A DNA stretch of 64,000 bases from Eledone cirrhosa (taxonomy: Eukaryota), in assembly GCA_964016885.1 (NCBI GenBank), contig CAXHJY010001162.1, positions 34,729 to 98,728 of the forward strand. Reading direction: 5' to 3'. Shown here one piece after another: positions 13,077 through 25,719 of the stretch; within the stretch, counting starts at the first letter, position 1, and the number at the start of each line of letters is the position of its first letter. The position numbers were made by a program, and so were the translations under genes. The notes beneath the pieces are model-generated. The model did not search any database. It was not told the origin of the DNA and was given only the letters and a program-made list of their open reading frames with translations.

Positions 13077-13360
13077 GGTGCGCGATCTAGTGTTCAGGTC
13101 TTTGGGGTTCTTGGTCGTAATTGTGTGAGTTCAATTCTCCAACGACCGGGCGACGTATTGTGTCCTTCAGCTGGACAATTTATTTTCACGCGCTGCGCTA
13201 CAAACAGAAGCTGGGATTTAACCCTAAACCTGCAATTTAACCCTAAATTAGTACCCCAAGGAGGTGTCCCTCGCCCGCAACAACACCTTGACGTGGCTTG
13301 CGTGAGGGAGAGAAACCTTTCGGGTGCAAACCCATGTTAAGTCACAACGGAAGAGGGACT
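13075..13360 (+). mobile_element. SINE family B-related copy with distinct 3' region
   Basis: GAAGGTGCG head, GAGTTCAATTCTC B-box and TGTGTCCTTCAGC core. Confidence 0.55.
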
Positions 13361-13380
13361 TGTATTATTAGTTTTAAAAT

Positions 13381-13570
13381 GGCGATGGATTGGCAGTAGC
13401 GGTAGAGGGTCCGACACCATGCTTTGACGCATAGAGTTACGGCCTTTGCTATTCTGAGTTCAAATCCCGCCGAGGTTAACTTTGCCTTTTATCCTTACCG
13501 GGGTCGATAAAATAAAGTACCAGTAATGCACTGGGTAATTGCTGGCCTTGTGCCAAAAGTAGAAACAATT
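13381..13570 (+). mobile_element. SINE family A
   Basis: Full-length match to the family consensus seen in this window. Confidence 0.9.
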
Positions 13571-13938
13571 ATTATTTTTAAAGGAGAGAGAGAGAGACCA
13601 GGCAGTCAAGAACAACATAATTAATGTTTTTTCCCAGACTTCCTATATTCGGCATTTGCTATTTGTTCTCTGCTTGATTATATGATCTTGGTAGTTTCTA
13701 GGAGAAATGTTTAGTGTGTAACTATCGATAGAAGAAGCAGATTGTATGTATAAGAAGGTTCAGTAGTTCAGTAGATTACCAATAACAGGAAAATGACATC
13801 AGAGAAACTGAATATGTACAGAAGACAGAAAAACTTTTTTTTAATTGTTGTTTAGTCCTGAACTAGCAGACTTATATTCAAATGTGGTCTAGCAGGACTA
13901 AACAAAACGTTGTTGTTACAGATAGCATTATTGTTGCC

Positions 13939-14117
13939 TGGCAGTATTGCTAGAGGGTCGGACGCCATGCTTTGACGTATAGAGTTACGGCCCTTGCCAT
14001 TCTGAGTTCAAATCCTGCCAAGGTTAACTTTGCCTTTCATCCTTACGGGGTCGATAAAATAAAGTACCAGTAATGCACTGGGTATGTGCTGGCCTTGTGC
14101 CTAACGTAGAAACAATT
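13939..14117 (+). mobile_element. SINE family A
   Basis: Match to the family consensus. Confidence 0.9.
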
Positions 14118-14789
14118 ATTGTTGCCTGTTGTTGTTTTTGTTGTTGATGCAGCCACAGACGTTGTTTTTGTTTTCGAAATCAGAAGGCTGCGTTTTGAAT
14201 CGTGTTTGTAAATTTTGAAGAAGATTGTGCGTTCGAAAAATTTGTTCGTTAAAGAAAGTTGTGTTTGGAGAATGCATTATTGTTTTTCATAGAATCTGCT
14301 TTTTTTTAAAAACGTTCTTTTTTTTTAGAAAGTTTATTTTCATGTATGTATGTTTTCTTATATTATCGGAAAGTTGCATCAGAAAATACATAAGAAGTGA
14401 ATGTTCTTTTTTTTTTTATCGATATCAGAAGGTTGCTTACGTTCGAAACGTCAGGTTCATCAATTATAGCAGGTCCTATTCTATACTAAGATGGATAGTG
14501 ATGTTGTGGTGTTGATTCGGTTGTGTGTACTCACTTGTGGATTGCTCAGTAGTGTGGTCACTGATGTGTAGAGTGTAGGTGAAGGAAAATTGATGTGCCT
14601 GATACAGTGTGACCAGAGATTGCGGATGTGGAAGTAAGTGAGTGGCAGTGTTCATTATGATGATTCATGATGTGATGATTCTTTGGGTAAGGTATGCATG
14701 TTTGTTTGAAAAGGTATTATTAAAATTGTGTTTACCAAACTTCTGTTGATGGAATGAATTTCGCTGGCCTAGCTGAGATAGATAGATAC

Positions 14790-14856
<67 letters not shown>

Positions 14857-15730
14857 TAGAGAGAGGGGGGAGAGCGAGAGAACGAGAGAGAACTTCGTTA
14901 TGAAGTCTGCAACTACTTGGATTGACTGGGAGCAGACTAAGGGCAACGAGATACACAACCACCCGTAATTGCATGAGTAAATATGTATCTATGTATGTAT
15001 GATATGGGAATATATATATATATATAATTTCTTTTAATATATATATAAACGGAAAAAAATGAAACGAAATTTCCTTTCTCACTCTTAGTACGGCTGTTAC
15101 TTAAATATAAGTATGTATACGTACATATATATATGTATACAGACGTACAGTAGTATGTATATATATACATACATGCACACATATATATATATGTACGTAT
15201 GGATTCACCGAACATTTATTATAATGCTCGGTGTGTTTGTAAACAAACATCCCGAATTAAGCCGTACAGTGTTTAGTAAACATCGTTGCCCTTTTGTTCA
15301 ACACTGACAAAGGAACGCTGTACTAGTTTCAAGCGTATTAGCTATCGCCAGCAACGTATACCTTCCTGCCAGATGATTGAACGTCTGAAAGTATATACTT
15401 TCCTTATACATATTAACGGCTGAGCAGCCTAATTTGCATATCAAGTGTGTTAATCGGCCGGGCCCACCGGAAACGATAAACGGAAAAAATGAAACGAAAT
15501 TTAATTTCTCACTCTTAGTACCGCTGTTACTTAAATATAAGTATGTATACGTACATACATATATGTATACAGACGTTCAGTAGTATGTATATATATATTT
15601 TGACTGTGTCAACATGTATTTATCTGAGTTTGATTATTTATACATAGACATACTTGAAAGTATTTTAAGGCGTATCATACGCTGTATTATACTAAGTACA
15701 ATTTACCACACCGTACTATATTGTGTTACA

Positions 15731-15908
15731 TTTGGCAGTATCCGTAGAGGGTTGGACGCCATGCTTTCTAGCATAGTTACGTCCCTTTACGGTCTGAGTT
15801 CAAATCCCGCCGAGGTTAACTTTTCCTTTCATCCTTACGGGGTCGATAAAATAAAGTACCAGTAATGTACTGGTCATTGCTGGCCTTATGCCAAACGTAG
15901 AAACAATT
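15731..15908 (+). mobile_element. SINE family A
   Basis: Match to the family consensus. Confidence 0.9.
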
Positions 15909-16498
15909 ATATTATATTATTGTATTACTGTATTTCATTATCTTATTATAATTTTCATCTTTTAATATATTATTTTTCCTAGCCATGACCTTAATTTATA
16001 TTCACCTAAAAACTCCATATAACACAACTCAACATTTAATTTTTACATTCCTTTTAAACTTCACTATACCATATATATTCAACTATCAATTTGACAATCC
16101 CTTTCATCCTAATAGATTTTTTATGGCAATTCTATTATTAACACCATTCAACCATTCCTTTCAAAGGGTCATGACCTCAACTAAAGTGAATTATTTTTCA
16201 TCTTAACATCATATGGAAAAAAACAATCTGATTGGTTAGTTCTTCAACTACCTCCAAACAAGGTCAGGGAACTAAACATAATACTAATTACTACTAATTT
16301 TGAATAAAATTATTATTGCTTTTGACAACAGCTGGTGATATGCATGTAAGTAAATATTCTCTTTATCTGATATTTTGTAACTAACCTTACATAGATCGAT
16401 ATCGAAGTATAGTTACGATGTATTATTATCACCTAGAAACGATCGTAAAGCAGTGAAGTATATTTCTAATGACTTGATTTTTTATTTCATTGTTTTAA

Positions 16499-16589
<91 letters not shown>

Positions 16590-17103
16590 ATAATGATATT
16601 AAATAAAAGGAAACTATATTTATAAAACCATATTTATTCTATTATATATATTTCAAGGGTATCGAAGACATTTTTTATATAATTAACTGTCAAAACTCTA
16701 TTAATCTCAGAACAGAGTTATTTTCTTCTTGCAGACATCGCCAAAATTCCACGTTCAGAACTGTTTAATTTACAATATTCCTATAAAACTTCAAAATGAT
16801 CCTATCCTTTTTAACAATTAAACATTTTTAATATTTTTAATATTTTAATAATTCTAAATGTGAATATCTTTAATATTTGTAATACTTTACCTTTTAGCAA
16901 AACATTTCTTTTAATATATATATATATATACATAATCGGAGAAAGCGAAACTCCGGCCAAATCCCAACTCACTCAACAAACATTAGGAAATAACTGAGTA
17001 TATTCCTAATTAAACGTTCGGGGTGCTAACTAATTGTATTGTGTGGAAAATTGGCTGTATTATTTCATATGAGATATATCAAATATATCCCTTATATATA
17101 TAT

Positions 17104-17223
<120 letters not shown>

Positions 17224-17510
17224 ATATATGTATATAATCGTAAATATGAGGTCTTCTTTTCTTTTTTCCTTTTTCTTTTTTCTTTTTCTTCCTTTTCTTT
17301 CTTCCCTACTAATACAAACACATATCTAAATTCTCCATAGCGTCTAAAATAACATTATTTTCAAACATATACCTCAACCTCATTTACATATTCATTTGCA
17401 TACTCCTCTTAACAATTTTGAAAATCTGTCTTTAAGTCCACTATCCAAAGAAAACTTCAACCGTTAAGGTATGTTCCTTGGCTATGTCAAAATTTATAAA
17501 ACACACTTTG

Positions 17511-17572
17511 TATTTTATCTGATGAAAGCGTACTAAAGGTTTTGGTACCCTTGAAATATATATAATAGAATA
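17511..17572 (+). ncRNA. Minimal type I hammerhead ribozyme (PLE-associated)
   Basis: Stem I TATTTTAT/ATAGAATA (one G-U); CTGATGA at 17519; stem II AAG.GTACTAAA/TTTGGTAC.CTT; GAAA-T-ATAT-A-TA. Predicted cleavage after 17564. Confidence 0.85.
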
Positions 17573-17997
17573 AATATGGTTTTATAAATATAGTTTCCAT
17601 TTATTTAATATCATTGAATATTTTACTCCAGAAAATTTGTCGAGTGCTCTGAATCAGATATAAACATTTATATTTGTTGAATTACCAACAAATTGAATAT
17701 CCCTTCTGCTTATATATATATAGAGGGAGAGCTAAGCTCTGTTTCCTGACCGCTGTATCACGTGACTGACTCCCCCTTCGCCTTTTCGAGATTCTATCTC
17801 GCGCATCACAGACGTGTTTTGAAACCCTTAATGAGGGTTTGATAAGTCGGCAGACCTCACAAAAACTCTACATCTCTATGATGTAGTGTTTTTGCATAAT
17901 ATGCCACGAAACTACGTAGTCGGGGACTATAGAAGCAGTTTGGGTATGATATATCTTATTACTAATTATATCTAATGTTTCTTCTCTCTTCATAATG

Positions 17998-18028
<31 letters not shown>

Positions 18029-18285
18029 ACGTAAGGATCACATGCGCAGAAATGCTATAAAAAACAGTCTTTAAAACAGGGTGAGGACCATTAAAAGACG
18101 TAAAATGAAGTTGTCATCGACCGGTGTGAGGAAATGAAACTCATATTTCTCAGATATCGGTATAGTATATATATATATATATACATATAATTACAATCGT
18201 GACATAAACTCTGTTGCAATTATTCATCCTAAACTCGTCCTATGGACTGAGTGCCCTTACCCTTGGATATTTCTACCAAACTTTT

Positions 18286-18329
<44 letters not shown>

Positions 18330-18476
18330 TTTGAGTATATGTTGGTTGTATACCAATACCTCAGTATGCAGATTGGAGCACTCGACGAAGTGCGCAGGTT
18401 GGTTTGGTTACTCCGGAGTAATGTAAAATAAAATAAAATAAATAAGTCAAATATTTAAAATTTAGCTTCGTTTATT

Positions 18477-18531
18477 ACTGCTATATATATTTCGGTGACA
18501 GCCATCTTTCGCTGTGACCTCTTCAGGCAGT
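18477..18531 (-). ncRNA. Minimal type I hammerhead ribozyme (PLE-associated)
   Basis: Minus strand ACTGC-CTGAAGA-GGTCACAGC-gaaagatg-GCTGTCACC-GAAA-T-ATAT-A-TA-GCAGT. All core nucleotides are present, with a perfect 5-bp stem I. Confidence 0.88.
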
Positions 18532-18589
18532 CCGAATTAGTGTGGTAGAGACGAGTACACATGTTGTTGAGGTGTTTAACTTTGTCAAT

Positions 18590-18654
<65 letters not shown>

Positions 18655-18785
18655 AGCAAAGAATCGCTGCTTTCACCCTTAACGGGATATTCTGAAACTC
18701 AACTATGGTTCTTATATATTTGATATATATTTATCCTTATCGATCCCTCTTTGGATTTTAGTCTTCACATTTATTAGTATTATTG

Positions 18786-18972
18786 CGGGGGTTTGGCAGT
18801 ATCAGTAGAAGGTCGGACGCCATGCTTTGCAGCATAGAGTTACGCCCCTTTATGGTGTGAGTTCAAATCCCGCCGAGGTTCACTTTGCCTTTCATCCTTA
18901 CGGGGTCGATAAAATAAAGTACCAGTAATGTACTGGGGTAATTGCTGGCCTTGTGCCAATAGTAGAAACAAC
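18786..18972 (+). mobile_element. SINE family A
   Basis: Match to the family consensus. Confidence 0.9.
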
Positions 18973-19385
18973 TATTACTATATATATATATAGCACATTC
19001 ATATATATAAGTATGTACACGTACATACATATATGTATACAGACGTACAGTAGTATGTATATATATATACATACATGCACACATATATATATATATGTAC
19101 GTATGGAATCATCATTATCATCACCACTACCATCATCATTAATTAACCACCGCTTTCTTTTTCAGATTTGCATAGGATGGACGGGTTTCGGTGGTGCAAC
19201 TTCATCGGTGGTCCTTTGTCATCGAATATACACAACAACAAAGATCATCGCAAAATACCGTGTGGGTCCAATGTCGTTTTACAGGGAGGGGTAATAATTT
19301 TTACTTGATATACCTGAGATAATTTCTAGGCCGCCTGACAGAACAGTATGGCAAATATATATATATATGTGTGTATATATATATA

Positions 19386-19415
<30 letters not shown>

Positions 19416-19420
<5 letters not shown>

Positions 19421-19535
19421 CGAAGGAAATGTGGTAAGGAACCAGGTGGTCCATAACGTCCAGGTGGACCATAACAGTCCAGAATTAGCCGTCGAAACGG
19501 CTTGAGCTCAGCCGTCGGGGTCCTACTCGTTCCTA
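19416..19535. mobile_element. (TA)n-flanked Penelope-like terminal fragment (family P-A)
   Basis: Shares AACGAAGGAA.TGTGGTAAGGAACCAG.TGGACCATAACG and AGCCGTCGAAACGGCTTGAGCTCAGCCGTCGGGGTCC with 38828-39625, 46790-47428 and 58431-58492. Confidence 0.65.
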
Positions 19536-19545
19536 TATATATATA

Positions 19546-19641
<96 letters not shown>

Positions 19642-19649
19642 TATACATA

Positions 19650-19731
<82 letters not shown>

Positions 19732-19755
19732 CAAATCTTATATCCATAACATAGA

Positions 19756-19829
19756 TATTTCATCTGATGAACGAACGAGACGTTTCTGTTAGAATCGTCT
19801 AATTTCGCGAAACCTTGGGTAATGGAATA
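19756..19829 (+). ncRNA. Type I hammerhead ribozyme (PLE-associated)
   Basis: Stem I TATTTCAT/ATGGAATA; CTGATGA at 19764; extended stem II (CGAA..AGACG..CGTCT..TTCG) with a first-pair mismatch; GAAA-CC-TTG-GG-TA. Predicted cleavage after 19821. Confidence 0.75.
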
Positions 19830-20144
19830 ATTATATTGTGTTGCTTATTATATAATTAAATATATATATTGTCATACTTTGGGAGGGTCAGACTGCCAAT
19901 AAAAACACACGCACCTGTTGTTTTTCACTTCAATTTATCATAAATTTCCGTTTGGCAATATATAAACAACCTTCCGGTTATCGAACCCACCAATCAACCG
20001 GAAATTTATAAGAAATTGAAGTGAAAACCAACAGGTGCGTGTGTTTTTATTGGCAGCATGACCCTCCCAAAGTATAACAATATCGGTTTCAAGACACGTT
20101 TTCAGATAAGAAATCTTGCAAAACAAATTAAAAAAAAAAAAAAA

Positions 20145-20231
<87 letters not shown>

Positions 20232-20234
<3 letters not shown>

Positions 20235-22616
20235 TCTTCTTCGCCGCATATTCCTTAGAGGGTCGTTGAAGAAGAGTCCTCAAACGCTCCTTCCAGCGGG
20301 TCCTGTCAGAATCAACCGTCTCCAATTGATCCGGCTGGATCCCCAAGCGAAACCAGTCAAGCTCATGATGGATGTTATCCCACCATCTTTCTTGGAGTCT
20401 ACCTCTGGGTCTCCTGCAATCTTTCCAGCAATTCTTTCCTGAGACATTCTAACCACATGCCCCTAGTATCGGAGCTGTGATCTCTCAGTTTGGAGAAGTA
20501 GCTGCTCTACCTGGAGTGACTCTCTGATGTCTCTTCTTCTGATTATTGAATGCTGAAGCTGGCGCATCACTGCACCGGCTTTTGCAATTCTTGCATTTAA
20601 TTCAGCCTCCTTGCCTCCCGTCACTCGTGAACACGGCCCCGAGATACTTGAAATTTTCGACCTGCTTCAGTGGACCGCCATTCATACCTAGAATGATGCA
20701 CGGCACAGGGTTCTTTGAGAGCACGAGTGTTTCAGGTTTTGCAGCTTTGATTTTCATTACAGCCATACAGGACTTGGCACCGAACCTACCAAATGCAAGT
20801 CGAAGATCATCTACTGCCGAGTTAAATAACACCATGTCGACTGCAAATTCCAGCCGACTGATTTTACACCCACTAGTCATGATACCACTTCCAACCCGGC
20901 TGCGCATGTCAATCCTGTTCATGTAAATAATGAACAAGAGAGGTGACAGTACGCACTCTTGGTTGAGTCCGACTTTCATACTGAATGGTTTCGATTTAGC
21001 TCCATCTATCCGAATACAAGTGCTCGGGCATTCGTATAGTGACTTCAGGGCAGCAAGAAGCTGACCATCAATCTCATACTCCTGCGCACTTTTCCACAGC
21101 AGGTCCGAGTAATGCGGTTAAATGCCTTTTCAAGGTCGACAAAACAAGAATATACTTCTTGGCAATACTCCCACGACTTCTCGAATACCTGCCAAAGTGT
21201 GAATATTTGGTCGGCTGTGCTGTGTCTGGAGCGAAAACCACACTGTTCTTCAGCTAGCTTGGACACGACGGGGAGGCTTAACAAGGATACCCCTTTGTAA
21301 TTGGAACAATCTCTCTTGTCTCTCTTTTTGAAAAATGGGATATCACTCCCAATTGCCATTGCTTAGATGCCTTTCCAGGACACGCGACACACACGAATCA
21401 GCCAGAAAATACCTTCTCTATTTAAGGCTTTTAACATCTCGGACCGGATTTCATCTTCCCCAGAGGCTTTGCCACATTTGAGCTCTTTAACTACTCTTGT
21501 GACCTCAGCCTCTGAAAGATTTCACCGCTCCCAGATGCACCCCGTGTACATCTAAAGATGCTGTTGTGATCGGATTTAGAAGATCAGCAAAATATTCTCT
21601 CTACCTCGCGAGGGTGCATCTCTCTGAAGAGAGAAGAATCCCAGATGCGTTCTTGATAGTAGGTGTGGAGGAGGGTTTCTTATTACTAAGTTGGTGAATG
21701 GTCTGTCAGAACACTTTATTTGCTAATCTGAAGTCGGATACCCGCTTACCCACAAAGTCCTCCCATGTCTTAACTTTTGACGCGTTTGCTGTCTCTGCTG
21801 CGAGTTTTCGTGCCTACTTGTACAGAAGGTGCAAGAAGGGGGACTTATTTCTAAGCCAAGCTTTGTAAGCCTCCTTCTTTGTCTGGATGGCATCTTTGAC
21901 CTCTTGATTGAACCAAGGAGTATTCCTGCCATCCGGTGCCACACCAAGCCTCTTTCGCCCACAGCTTTAACAGCTGAAACAGAAACTACTGGGCTGAAGA
22001 ATCTCTACCCTGTTTCAACGTCCTCAGTTTGCTCAGGGCTTTTCGCTGAATTTGGATGCAATAGAATCTGCATACCTGATCCTGACTTCTTTATCCACCA
22101 ATGCTTCTCATTTTATCCTGCAGGTCGTCCTCGACTTGCCAGTTTTGTGGGCTTCTTTGGCTTTAGGTAGTCCCAAGTTTCAAATAATTAGATGGTGATC
22201 AATTGACAGCTCAGCTCCCCTCTTAACACTAACATCCATCACAGGATCAAAGAGATCAATAACAAAATCAATTATTTATCTCTGTCCCTGATTCCCCTTA
22301 TCCCATGTATTTTTATGGTTGTCTCTGTGGTGGAAGAAGGTGTTCATAATAGAGAGTGCATTGCTAGAACAAAAGTCTAGTAGGGCCTCTCCATTCGTAT
22401 TTAGATCGGGTCACCATTCCTTCCAATCACTCCTTTCCATGTCAGGTCGTCAGTGCCAACATGTGCATTGAAGTCTCCCCCCCCCCCATTAAGATATATG
22501 ACTCAGTCTTAACTACATCTAACGCTGCAGTCACTTCATCAAGGAAGGACTCCTTGTTTGGTGCATAAACTTGAACCATCCACAGAGACCTATCTTTCAG
22601 CCTAAGCTGCAAGAGG

Positions 22617-22620
<4 letters not shown>
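20232..22620 (-). mobile_element. Degenerate RTE-clade LINE (AP endonuclease + reverse transcriptase), 5'-truncated
   Basis: Minus-strand fragments: VQVYAP and GDFNAHVG (APE); KKRDKRDCSNYKGVSLLS, EEQCGFR, FVDLEKAF and GLNQECVLSPLLF (RT). There are many frameshifts, and (TA)n flanks both sides. Confidence 0.92.
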
Positions 22621-22675
<55 letters not shown>

Positions 22676-23340
22676 CTCTATTACGTGTTCCAGCCGAGAG
22701 TCTGAGGCCCTACTGGGGCACCGCCATTGATATTACAGTCTCCATAGCCATCCCTCCCTCGTTGGCCATTGACGCAAAAGGGAGTTCGTTTCTGTTGATT
22801 TTATTGTGCTTCGCCTCGTGCTGTGGGTTTATCCGGGACCTTGCTCAGTAGAATGTCGAGATATCTCTTGAAAACATCTATATGTACATCATGTAGATCT
22901 CTTACTAAAAAGCTACGGTCCCTTGAACCCCATGCCATTGCAATATTTGGTCCTTATCCTCGATGCGACGGATGGGACCTTTGGCGCTACACTGGCGTAC
23001 TGTTCGTGGACTGATCCTGTCTTCAATGCCGAAGTTTGGTGCTAACCCTTCCAGGATCTGTATATCACTGTATATCTCTCCCAATTTCACTCCGGGGAGT
23101 AAAGCTTTAGCTTCTTGAGCCTCTCCCAGTAGTTCATCTCTTTCACTGAAGCAATCCTCATGGTGTAGCTTCGTTGGATTACTTCAAGTTCTGCAGTGAA
23201 TTTGACACGATGGGGTAATGAGAGCTGAGAGTAATAGTCGAGTCAGATGAGGATGAAAGTCCTCCAGAGGACCAACATGGTTTCCGGGTCTCTTGTCCTG
23301 AATGTCCTCAGAATCCAACCCGCCAGTCATCTGCACATTT
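22676..23340 (-). mobile_element. CR1-like LINE 3' fragment
   Basis: Minus strand reads AGWILRTFRTRDPETMLVLWRTFI...ELEVIQRSYT...YWERLKKLKLYS...ILEGLAPNFGI. The 3' UTR ends at (TA)n. Confidence 0.85.
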
Positions 23341-25260
23341 TCTTAATGAAGAAAACGATCTCTCACATGAAGCAGATATGACAGGTATGGCCATAGCCAG
23401 GCATAAGCATTTTGTTACTTCTGCCAGAGCTTGATTTAGTTCAAGTTACTGTATTATGTCTGCGACTTTGTGGATGCTTGACGCTTGCTTTGTAAAATCT
23501 GCAGCATAAACTGATTTCAGCTCGCATTTCAATCCATTCAAATCAAATCCAATATCTTTATATAGACATCCAAGGATGAAAATGCTTCCAACGGAGATTT
23601 TCATTCGTAAGCGTAAAAACGCTTCGGATTCAACAATTCAACAAATCTGAACTCTCCCATTGTATTAAATCTTTGCTCAACGCCAACAATAATTTTATCC
23701 AAAATGTTGTTAAACAAAGTTCTTAAAATACCTTCTGGTTCTTAATATTGACCACGCTTCTCTGGTGGTTCAGCGACATCATCCAGAACCCAGCAGTAAA
23801 ATCCCCCAAACTTGTTGTTCTTCATATCAACCAATTGTTTCTGGAAGTTTTCAACCTCATGAATGCACCTCGAAATATCAAGTGAACATTTTTGAAGAAT
23901 CGAAAACAGAATTTATGAGCCACTCAATGTGGTTTCAAAAACTATTAATAAAAATTTAGATTGAAAATCTTCTAGGATTGCAATGAATCCCCTTGCCTGT
24001 GATAATTCTGAAGCATTCCAATCCTCTGGAGTTTCTAATATCGTTGAAAATACCTCAGAAAACAGTGATGAATAATTCCAATGTATCTCAATTTTAGAAA
24101 TTGCCTTCCAATGATTTCATCCAATAGAGGTATTCGAGTCGTCGACTTTGAGAAAAAAGTTGAAATTCCTTTTAAAGTTTTGAAAAAAATTCGACATTCA
24201 CGAATACTTGAAGCTGATTGAGAGAGTAGCAAATTAAATGAATGCGCATAACAATGAACAAACGTGACGTTCGCACCAAAAATCTCCTTTATTCTTGCTT
24301 GCACTCAGTTCAAATGTCCAGTCATTACACCCACTCCATTATAAGTTTGTGCAATGAAATTTTTACCACAATTGAATTCATTAACAAATTTCCGAACTTC
24401 TGTCAGCGATGCAGCTCTTCTATTTTCTACTGACATCAACGTATCCCCAAAACCTTTCTCATCAACAAACCACAAAAAGCGTGATAATTGAGATTTCATT
24501 CGAAAATCCGTAGTCTCATCAAACACAACGGCAAAAAATTATGTTTATTCGATCATTGCCTTAATTTCGCTTTCAATTGTAGCAGCCATACAATTAATGA
24601 TTTCGTTTTGAATATCACTTGAAAGTCTAGAAAATATACAGTTAGCATTTTTCTTCACAAAATCTAAATGCGATCTTAAACAATCATCGTATTCCCTACT
24701 GCTTCACATATAGCCAGAAAAATTACCCAGAAATTACATTTCAGAATTTACCTTTCGTGATTATTCTTAACAGGCAAAAATTTCAACATAATGAATTAAC
24801 CTTTTCAATATATCATGAATTTTCTCAACTGATCTATTATGCAACTGAATCGAAGCTGCTTTCCAGTGATCGATCTATGTAGCAATTTGTTGTCGGCCAA
24901 AGCTTTTCAGAGTAATAATGGAATCCAGGTTATGAGATTTTTTTGTGTCTTGTCAAAGCTGTAATCAAATTGTTCAAATCTCAATAGCTGTTAGTTGCCC
25001 ATGTGTTCTTAAGTTGACAAAATAACAGACATGGAAAACAGAACAATTTATTCAGAATGGGATATCCCGTCATCCATTCATTCTATTTGTAATATTTAGA
25101 ATCAAAATAACGATATCATTCCTTGCTGCCCACCTTGGTTTTGGTTTTCAGTTCAAGCTTCGGTTTCTCTCTTCCGAGAATGATAATATTCTTCTCTTCG
25201 AAACTTCTTGTTTCGGGGGAAGTAGAGAGGAAACTGAGCTAATTGACTTTTTTGCCATGA
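23341..25260 (-). mobile_element. Decayed hAT-superfamily transposase (ZMYM1/DUF4371-like)
   Basis: N-terminal NKLFCFPCLLF (TTF-type zinc finger), catalytic-region FDETTD and AQTYNG(V), VHCYAHSFNL (CxxH), and C-terminal SASCERSFSSLRK dimerisation motif. Multiple stops and frameshifts. Confidence 0.9.
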
Positions 25261-25719
25261 TGTGTGTGAATGAAAATGTAAAAAATGTTAAAGGGATATA
25301 ATTGTTTAAATGAATCGAAGCTTTATTCTAAAAAAAAAAAGTGCGAATTTCCTTTTTTGCGTAATTTAAAAAAATAATTTGATATATTTAAAATTAAATT
25401 TTAAAGCACTGGAATGAATCAACGGAAGAAAACTTTACAATATTAATCACGAAAATTTTGACGGTTACTCATTTACACTCACAGCGTGAACTGGTCAAGA
25501 AGAAATTCTGGGTAGTGGTCACAACTGAATCCAGGTATTAAAACAGTAAAAAAAGGAACTTTTGATGTGACACTAAGGTCACCAAATGGCCCATATATAC
25601 TCCACAGCACCGAATAATCGTATGAAATGAACCAGAATCAACAACAATTCTAAATCTGTCTGGAAAAGCAAGCCTTTGATTTCAGCCACACAGAGTACGA
25701 CTGGTACAGCATGCAAAAT

